Positions 56,635 to 64,000 of a stretch of 64,000 nucleotides of DNA are shown piece by piece. Numbering within the stretch: the first letter of the stretch is position 1; every line of letters starts with the position of its first letter. Where the stretch lies: NCBI GenBank assembly GCA_910577655.1, contig CAJTOW010000006.1, forward strand, positions 325 through 64,324, written 5' to 3'. Position numbers and translations under genes: made by a program. The notes under the pieces are model-generated. The model had not been told where the DNA came from. It searched no databases and saw only the letters and a list, made by a program, of their open reading frames with translations. Source of the stretch: an uncultured Lachnospiraceae bacterium (GTDB lineage: Bacteria; Bacillota; Clostridia; Lachnospirales; Lachnospiraceae).

Positions 56635-58734
56635 ATCCTCTCCAGTCTGTCATTTATTGTACCAGATGCCCTTTAGCCTGGAATCATCCAAATGTCCACT
56701 TTACGCTTCTTACCCCTTTCACCGCTGTCTGCTTTTAGGGATTTCTTCCCTTTTTTGTATGTCTACTTTTCAGGTACTTCCCCCTTTTCTGTCTGTCCAC
56801 AGTCTGGTAAGCAAGCCATTAACCTGTCTGTCCATTTCTTTGGATTTATCCTTTTTACAAAGCGTCTACGGTTTGGGATTCCTTCTGTTATTTCAGGCCT
56901 AGCATTCCTATAGTATTTCCCCTAGCGGTAACTAACATTTCAGGCAATCCCTTTCTCTTGCCGTGTCCACCTTATAGGGTACATTATAATACCTGATCCC
57001 CCTGCTGTACATGACTTACGATTATAACGATATCTGCCAGGAGATCATCCCCGATGATCACTGTGTCATCAAATCCAACTGCTGGAGCGGGGATGTGGAG
57101 ATTATCCGGTCAAAAAAGGATGTTGACTGGGATGCCATGAGGGCCAAATTCCGGAAAATCTTCCAGTCAGACTGGGCTAAGATCGGGCGGGAATGGTGGT
57201 ATTCCCGTATGCGGCCCTGTATTGTTGTGGAGAAGCTGCTGGAAACCAGGGAAGGGAAGTTGCCAAATGATTTCAAACTCCATTATCTAAGCGGAAAGCT
57301 GGAATTTATATACTGCTCTATTGACCGGGAGGGGGCCAATTACCGGAAGATTTATTCACCTGACTGGAAGGAACTTCCTTTTTCCTGGAATGGGGAAGCG
57401 GCGCCTCCGGATATTTCAAAGCCCAATATACCGGCACCCTCAACCCTTGCCAGGATGATTGAATTTGGCGACCGGATTGCCAGGGATCTGCCCTATGTCA
57501 GGGTGGATTATTACGATGTGGACGGGAAGCTGTACTTCGGGGAGATCACTTTATCCCATGGTTCCGGATTTGACAAGTTTATCCCGGTAGAATACGACAG
57601 ACTGTATGGAGAAAAACTGACGCTGCCCACAAAGCCGGGGGAAAATATACAGAATTATCTTGAGACCTTCCACCCCTATTCGGCACCGGCCCATGATATC
57701 TGGAGTGTGAGTGATTCGTCAAGAGGGCAGATTCTCAAGCTGGACTGGAATGAGGCCACAGTGCAGCCTTCCCAATATGTCAGGAGCCGGATCATGGAGC
57801 TGGCCCGGGACGGGAAATACTACAATTACTATCCCAATACCAACAATGTGGAACTTTTAAGGAAAATCAGCGATTACGTGGGGGTGTCGGAGCAGAATGT
57901 GCAGATATTTCCGTCCTCTGATTCTGCCCATGAATATATCGCCAGGGTATGGCTGCGCAAGGGCGACAGGTGCGGACTGGTATGGCCTGCCTATGACAAT
58001 TTCCGTGCAACAGCAGAGCTTGCAGATTCGGAGGTTCTCTACTTTGATATGCCGGATTTTAAATTTGATAAAGATGTGTTCATGGAGCTGGTTCAGAGGG
58101 AGAGACCGAAGCTGGTCTATATCTGCAACCCCAACAATCCAACCGGTGAGCTTGTCCCGGAAGATACCATCGGATTTTTATTGAAGGCAAACCCGGAGGT
58201 TTTGTTTTTAATCGACGAAGCTTATGTGGAATTTTCCGGAGGCGCCATAGATGCCTTGGTCAATGAATATGGAAATCTGATTGTAAGCAGAACCTTTTCC
58301 AAGGCCTTTGGTCTGGCAAATTTCAGAATCGGGTACCTGGTTTCTTCCATTAACAATATCCGGCTTTTGACGGATGCCAGAAACAGCAAAAATATTTCTA
58401 CTTTTGCCCAGGTAGTCGCCCTATCTGCCCTGGAGGACAGACAATCCATGGATGGATATGTGAAGCAGGTAAGGGAAGGAAGAGAGTATCTGAAAGGGGA
58501 ACTGAAGAAGCTTTCCTATGTGGGAACAGTATATGACAGCACAGCCAATTTTGTGATGTTTGAACTTGAAAATAACCGGTATAAATGGAAACTGATCGAG
58601 TTTCTCAAACGAAACGGGATCTATGTACGGGATGTGGGTCAGACCGGATATATACGGGAGCATTGCGTGAGAATAACGGCTGGTACCAGGAAGCAGATGG
58701 AGACAGTTGTCAAAAAGATGAGGGAGTTTTGTTT

Positions 58735-59397
58735 ATGAAAATTGCACTCTATGATTTTTGTGATACAGTCGTCAATTTTCAGACGGCAGATGAGTATGTG
58801 TATTTTACCCAAAAGTATCTTGACCTGAAAGAATTCCGGCATACCTTCATGGATCATGAGAAGATCCGGGAGCTGTTTATCGATGACTGGAAGACAAATA
58901 AAGGAGCTATTTTATACCAGTTAAGAGGGATCAGAAGGAGTGCCCTTGAGGATGCGGCAAAACAGTTTTATACAGAGAAAATTCTGCCGAATATCTATGA
59001 ACCAATTGTGGCTGGGATGAAAAGCCACCGTGAAGACGGGTATGATATTTATATTGTAAGTGCAGGATATAGTATCTATCTGGATTTTTTTGCAGAGGAT
59101 TTTGGTGTCAAGGGCGTCGTGGCCAATGACTTTCTGTATCAGGATGATCTGTTTACCGGGAAGCTGTGCAGGGATGACTGCTATGGAGAAGAGAAGGTCC
59201 GGCGCCTGGATGGGCTGTTTGGCAAATGCAGCATAGAGCATTCCATAAGCTACTCAGATAGCATATCGGATCTGCCGCTGCTTAAATGGACGGATAAAGG
59301 GGTGGTTGTTTCAAGGAATGTCCGGCGGCCGTGGGTAAAGGAAAACGGGCTGGAGGATTTTGTTTTGGCGGAATGGGCGCGGAAGCAGGAGGGATAA
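58735..59397 (+). CDS. HAD-IB family phosphatase
   Basis: YDFCDTV, VSAG, CYGEEK and YSDSISDLPLL motifs; ATGA coupling to the upstream gene. Confidence 0.9.
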   Translation: MKIALYDFCDTVVNFQTADEYVYFTQKYLDLKEFRHTFMDHEKIRELFIDDWKTNKGAILYQLRGIRRSALEDAAKQFYTEKILPNIYEPIVAGMKSHREDGYDIYIVSAGYSIYLDFFAEDFGVKGVVANDFLYQDDLFTGKLCRDDCYGEEKVRRLDGLFGKCSIEHSISYSDSISDLPLLKWTDKGVVVSRNVRRPWVKENGLEDFVLAEWARKQEG

Positions 59398-59432
59398 AGC
59401 AGCATACTTATAGAAATCTGCTAAAAGCAGAC

Positions 59433-59478
59433 CCCCAAAATACAGAAGTCGCTACATTCAGACAACTGTATTTTGGGG
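59433..59478. terminator. Hairpin terminator after the HAD gene
   Basis: CCCCAAAATACAG / CTGTATTTTGGGG. Confidence 0.7.
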
Positions 59479-59507
59479 TTTGACGTAGATTTGGGCATAC
59501 AGCCATT

Positions 59508-59590
59508 TAGAGCGTGTTTGAAAATTCATTCCCGGCGTCCCACAAAGTGGAACGCACAGCTACCGGAAAGCAATTTTCAAACACGCTCTG
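59508..59590. mobile_element. MITE-like element, family D
   Basis: AGAGCGTGTTTGAAAATT ... AATTTTCAAACACGCTCT, perfect 18-bp terminal inverted repeats. Confidence 0.82.
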
Positions 59591-59642
59591 GAATCGCTTC
59601 GTGATTCAGGATGTCTTTTGACAGAGCTGGTCGGAATCTGTG

Positions 59643-61530
59643 TCAGCTGTCCTCCAGCACCACCACCTCAAACGGCCGCAGCTGCAGACATCTGCCGACT
59701 GTTCCTTCACTGATTTTGTGTTCACCTTTGTCTCTGGTTTGATCTCCAGTCCTATGTGCATCTCTGTTTTCTGTCCCATCCCCAACTCTAAGATCTGCCC
59801 CGTCTTCAATGATTCGGGGAGTTCCATGGTAATTTCCCAGAAGCTTCTGGTACCGGGCCCAGGCTGGGGCGGCGGGGATGGAAAGGTCTCTGGCGGTGAG
59901 GCTGCACAGAACTACCAGTTTTTTTGTCTTCTGCTGCCTGGTGCAGGCAGGCGGATCCGCGGAAAGCTTGTCAGCAGAACCGATATTAAAAGGCTCCAAA
60001 GCCGGAAATGATTCCTCCGGAGATGAGCCGCCTTCCTGGTTATCTCCGGTTCCCCCATCCAGAATCCGCTCATACGCCAGCACATCCGGGTTATCCTCCT
60101 CCAAAAAGGCGATCCGCCCTTGGGAGATGACCTTTTTCTCTTTCCGCAGTGTGATCAGTCTTTTATAGAAGGCATGGACGGAGTCGCTGTGGTCTTTCTG
60201 GTTTTCCACATTGATTGTCTGATAATTGTCTGTGATTCCGATCCAGGGGGTGCCAGTGGTGAAGCCGGCATGTTCTTTTGCAGACCACTGCATGGGTGTG
60301 CGGCTGTTGTCCCGGGAGCGGGCGGCCAGGATCTTTAGGGCCTCCCTGCGGGTCTTTCCCTGGTTCAGGAGGATCTGGTAGTAGTTGAGGCTTTCCACGT
60401 CCCGGTACTGGGAAATGTCCTGGAAGTGGGCATTGGTCATGCCCAGCTCCTCTCCCTGGAAAATGTAGGGAGTGCCCCGCATCAGGTGGATGGCGGCGGC
60501 CAGCATTTTCGCAGATTCTTTCCAGTATTGTCCCTCGTCGCCCAGGCGGGAGACGATCCGGGGCTGGTCATGGTTGCACCAGAAGAGGGCATTCCAGCCG
60601 CCGCCTTTTTCCATGCCCAGCTGCCATTTCTGGAACAGCTTTTTTAAGGCCATCCGGCTCCATGAGACTCCATTTGTCCCCGTTCTGGTAGTCAGTCTTT
60701 AAGTGGTGGAAATTGAAGCACATGGACAGCTCTTGTTCTCCGGGGCTGGAGTAGCGGATGCAGTTGTCCAGGGTGGTGGAGGACATTTCCCCTACCGTTA
60801 CCATTTCCCCGATTCCCGTATCACGGACCAGCTCCTTGAGATAGTCGTGGATGCGGGGACCGTCGGAGTAGAAGCGGCGGCCGTCCCCGGCCGGATCGTC
60901 CTGGAGGATCTCCGGCTTGGAGACCAGGTTGATCACGTCGAACCGGAAGCCACGGACACCTTTGTCCTTCCAGAAACGGATGACGGCTTTTAACTCCTCA
61001 CGGACCCTGGGATTATCCCAGTTTAAGTCTGCCTGGGTCACGTCGAACAGGTGGAGATACCATTTGCCGAGGGCAGGGACGTACTCCCAGGCAGGGCCGC
61101 CAAACTTGGACTGCCAGTTGGTGGGGCAGTGGTCCGGGGTGCCCTCCCGGAACATGTAGTAGTCCTGGTATTCTTTCTCCCCGGCCAGGGCTTTCCGGAA
61201 CCAGGGGTGGCTGGTGGAGGTGTGGTTAAATACCATATCCAGCATGATGCCCATGCCCCGTCTGCCGCTTTCGGCGATCAGCTCCTCCATGTGGGCCATG
61301 GTGCCAAAACGGGGGTCAATGGCGCAGTAGTCTGCCACGTCGTATCCGTTGTCCCTCTGGGGGGAGGGGAAAACCGGGGTGAGCCACAGATAGTCCACGC
61401 CCAGGTCAGCCAGATAGTCCAGCTGTTCCAGGATGCCGCCCAGGTCCCCGAAGCCGTCGCCATTGGAATCCTTGAAGGATTTGGGGTAGATCTGGTATAT
61501 GACCTTGTCGCTGAATGATTCTGTATTCAT
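59643..61530 (-). pseudogene. treC: Trehalose-6-phosphate hydrolase (GH13), frameshifted near 60654
   Basis: 5' ORF has YQIYPKSF, DNGYD, GFRFDVIN and VGEM; 3' ORF in another frame has NHDQPR, QGEELGM and RDNSRTPMQW. Confidence 0.85.
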
Positions 61531-61560
61531 AATTTGATATGTTCCTTTCCATTGATTATT

Positions 61561-62973
61561 TTATCCGAGCTTCCGTTTTCCGATGACAATTGTCAGCACC
61601 AGGGGGATCACCACCGCGATCACCATGCACAGTGCAAAGCTTGCCATGTGCTGGGGCTGGATGGAGAGGATGCCGGGGAGGCCGCCGACTCCGATGGCAT
61701 TGGCGGTGGTGGAGGTGGCTACACAGACAATGGCTGCCATGGCAGAGCCGATCATGCCGCAGACAAAGGGGAAGCCGTGTTTTAAGTTGACACCGAATAT
61801 GGCTGGCTCGGTGACGCCCAGGTAGCAGGAAATGCCGGCGGGAACATTGACCTCCTGGGCTTCGGCATTCTTCCTCTGGAGGATCATCATGCCTGCTACT
61901 GCGGAGCCCTGGGCGATGTTGGATAGGGCGATCATGGGCCACAGCATGGTGCCGCCGTAATCGGCGATGAGCTGTAAATCAATGGCATTGGACATGTGGT
62001 GCAGACCGGTGATTACAAGGGGTGCGTAGACCAGGCCGAACAGTGCGCCGAATACTACCTTGAAGGAGCCGGTGATGCCTGCGTATACTACTGCGGAGAT
62101 GGCCGAACCGATCTTCCAGCCGATGGGGCCCAGGACAAAGTGGGAGGCCATGACAGCCAGCAGGAGGCTGCAGAAGGGCACCACGATCATGGATACCACC
62201 TGGGGTGTGATCCGGCGGAAGAATTTCTCCAGATAGGCCAGGGTGAAGGCGGCCAGTACAGCGGGGATCACCTGGGCCTGGTAGCCGATCATGTTGACCT
62301 GGAAGAATCCGAAATTCCATTTTGGAATGTCTGCGGCAGCGGTGCCTGCCACTGCGTAGGCGTTTAACAGCTGGCCGGATACCAGAGTCAGGCCCAGGAC
62401 GATTCCAAGCATCTGGGTGGTGCCCATCTTCTTTGTCACGGACCAGCAGATACCAACGGGCAGCATGTGGAACACGGCTTCTCCGATGAGCCATAAGAAG
62501 CTGTCAATGCCAGACCAGAACTGACTGATATCACACAGTGTTTTCGTGCCGTTTTCAAATAGGTACATGCTGTCGATACAGTTGCGGAAGCCCAGGATCA
62601 GGCCGCCGGTGATGATGGCCGGAATCAGGGGAGCGAAGATCTCCGCCAGGGCGGTAACGATCCGCTGGAGCACGTTCTGGTTCTTCTTGGCGGCCTGCTT
62701 TACCGCATCCCTGGAGCCGCCTTCGATGCCTGCCTCCTTGATGAAATCATTGTAAAAATCAGATACCGTGTTGCCGATGATCACCTGGAACTGGCCGGAC
62801 TGGGTGAAGCTTCCCTTTACCACCTTCATGGCTCCGATGGCGGGGACATCCGCCTTTGCCGGGTCTGCCAGGGCAAACCGCATCCGGGTCATACAGTGTG
62901 AAACTGCCGCGATATTTTCCTTCCCGCCTACCAGGTTCAGAAGCTCTTTTGCATCCTCTGAATACTTACCCAT
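61561..62973 (-). CDS. treB: PTS trehalose-specific EIIBC
   Basis: HCMTRMRF, QFQVIIG, ITGLHH and GVTEPAIFG motifs; adjacent to treC/treR. Confidence 0.9.
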   Translation of the reverse strand: MGKYSEDAKELLNLVGGKENIAAVSHCMTRMRFALADPAKADVPAIGAMKVVKGSFTQSGQFQVIIGNTVSDFYNDFIKEAGIEGGSRDAVKQAAKKNQNVLQRIVTALAEIFAPLIPAIITGGLILGFRNCIDSMYLFENGTKTLCDISQFWSGIDSFLWLIGEAVFHMLPVGICWSVTKKMGTTQMLGIVLGLTLVSGQLLNAYAVAGTAAADIPKWNFGFFQVNMIGYQAQVIPAVLAAFTLAYLEKFFRRITPQVVSMIVVPFCSLLLAVMASHFVLGPIGWKIGSAISAVVYAGITGSFKVVFGALFGLVYAPLVITGLHHMSNAIDLQLIADYGGTMLWPMIALSNIAQGSAVAGMMILQRKNAEAQEVNVPAGISCYLGVTEPAIFGVNLKHGFPFVCGMIGSAMAAIVCVATSTTANAIGVGGLPGILSIQPQHMASFALCMVIAVVIPLVLTIVIGKRKLG

Positions 62974-63006
62974 GATTGTTCCCTCCGTTTTTTGAATGTT
63001 TTAAAT

Positions 63007-63093
63007 TTGTTTAAACAAGTTATGTATTATATATACAATACTTGTTTAAACAAGTCAATGATTTTTGAAAAGAAAATAAATTTGTTCAAACAA
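63007..63093. promoter_or_regulatory. Three TTGTT(T/C)AAACAA palindromes, candidate TreR operators
   Basis: 63007-63018, perfect 16-mer at 63040-63055, and 63082-63093, overlapping the treB promoter region. Confidence 0.75.
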
Positions 63094-63300
63094 GCTGAGG
63101 GGTTTTTTCCAGAGCGTACCCTTTGGAACAACTCTCCCGTGAATAGTAACTAATAAATATAAGTAAGAACGGAAAAATGGAAGATTTGACTTGCAGGTCA
63201 GCTGGGGGTATAATAGCTTTGCCGGCTGCTTCTTTTCTTTTATGAAATGGTGTGGCAAAGGATTCCGGGACATAAAGGGATACGGGAGGAAGAGGAACAG

Positions 63301-64000
63301 ATGCCTAAAAGTATCTACGAGAACATTTACAGAGACTTAAAGCAGAAGATAGAAGAGAATACCTACACCTATCAGGAGCTGCTGCCGCCGGAGAATGTGC
63401 TGGTGCAGACCTATGGCTGTTCCCGCAATACCCTGCGCAGGGCAGTGGGGCGCCTGGTGACCGACGGGTATGTGCAGACCATGCAGGGGAAGGGAGTCCG
63501 GAATATCTACCGGCCTGTGGACCAGACCGCCTTTACCATCGGGGAGATCGAGAGCTTCCGGGAGTCAGCCCTCAGAAACGGCCAGAAGCCCCGGACCCAG
63601 GTGCTTCTGTTCACCGAGCTTTCCTTAAATGGGCACCAGGCGGTCGTCACCGGATTCCAGCCGGGAACCCGGGTCTGTTATATCCAGCGGCTTCATTATC
63701 TGGATGACCTGCCCCTGATCATCAACCACAATTATTTCCTGAAAGAGGCGGTTCCCGGACTTACCAGGGAGATCGCGGAGGCCTCCATCTATGAGTATCT
63801 GGAACAGACTCTGGGGATGACCATCGTCAACAGCAAGCGGGTCATGACCGTGGAGAAGATCACGGAGATTGACGAGAAATATCTGAACCTCAATGCGGAG
63901 GACTACAACTGTCTGGCCGTGGTCAGCAGCCAGACCTACAATGGGGACGGGGTCATGTTCGAGTATACCCAGTCCAGACATAGGCCGGATTATTTCCGGT
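63301..64000 (+). CDS. treR: GntR/UTRA-family trehalose operon repressor, runs off the window
   Basis: Hand translation: MPKSIYENIYRDLKQKI...LPPEN.L...YGCSRNTLRRA...QGKG; divergent from treB. Confidence 0.85.
   Translation, partial: MPKSIYENIYRDLKQKIEENTYTYQELLPPENVLVQTYGCSRNTLRRAVGRLVTDGYVQTMQGKGVRNIYRPVDQTAFTIGEIESFRESALRNGQKPRTQVLLFTELSLNGHQAVVTGFQPGTRVCYIQRLHYLDDLPLIINHNYFLKEAVPGLTREIAEASIYEYLEQTLGMTIVNSKRVMTVEKITEIDEKYLNLNAEDYNCLAVVSSQTYNGDGVMFEYTQSRHRPDYFR

Larger units (their letters stand above)
55015..56988 (-). mobile_element. IS3-family insertion sequence, 1,974 bp
   Basis: Imperfect 25-bp terminal repeats (TGAATTGTACCCC..GGACA / TATAATGTACCCT..GGACA), 3-bp target duplication ATA, orfA + orfB. 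Confidence 0.92.
54494..58738 (+). pseudogene. TupA-like ATP-grasp / PLP aminotransferase (HisC-like) fusion, interrupted by IS3
   Basis: Removing 55015-56991 restores ...FGEEYLIPLLYMTYD... and a 755-aa frame; NEKLQWLK, DFK, RVD and GEIT motifs, then CNPNNPTG, DEAY and SRTFSKAFGLA.FRIG. Confidence 0.88.

Overview
Chromosomal window from a Firmicute, most likely Lachnospiraceae/Clostridiales (inferred from gene content, sigma-A promoters and strong Shine-Dalgarno (SD) sites). Left third: a CDP-polyol module (rpe, ispD/tarI-like, Zn-dehydrogenase), NhaC, a PadR-DUF1700-DUF4097-PspC operon, cmk-ispH-rpsA, aspartokinase and purL. At 19.8-24.7 kb is an operon of circularly permuted ATP-grasp ligase, alpha-E protein, transglutaminase and two M14 peptidases (one active, one apparently dead), behind a leader terminator with an ANTAR-like hairpin. 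Next come transaldolase, a decay zone, an Rpn-family gene, LysR, and a degenerate serine recombinase heading an AT-rich glycan locus (31.4-42.4 kb, GDP-heptose pathway, Ugd). At 44-52.7 kb is an uncharacterised catabolic operon (YheO regulator, SDR, sugar ABC, allantoinase-like, carbamoylase, RidA). It is followed by a second Rpn gene, a TupA ATP-grasp/aminotransferase fusion split by a 1,974-bp IS3 element, a HAD phosphatase, and a trehalose PTS locus with frameshifted treC. At least six families of short palindromic/MITE-like repeats fill the intergenic spaces. No rRNA, tRNA or CRISPR array was seen. All family calls come from motif recognition by eye, not database searches.
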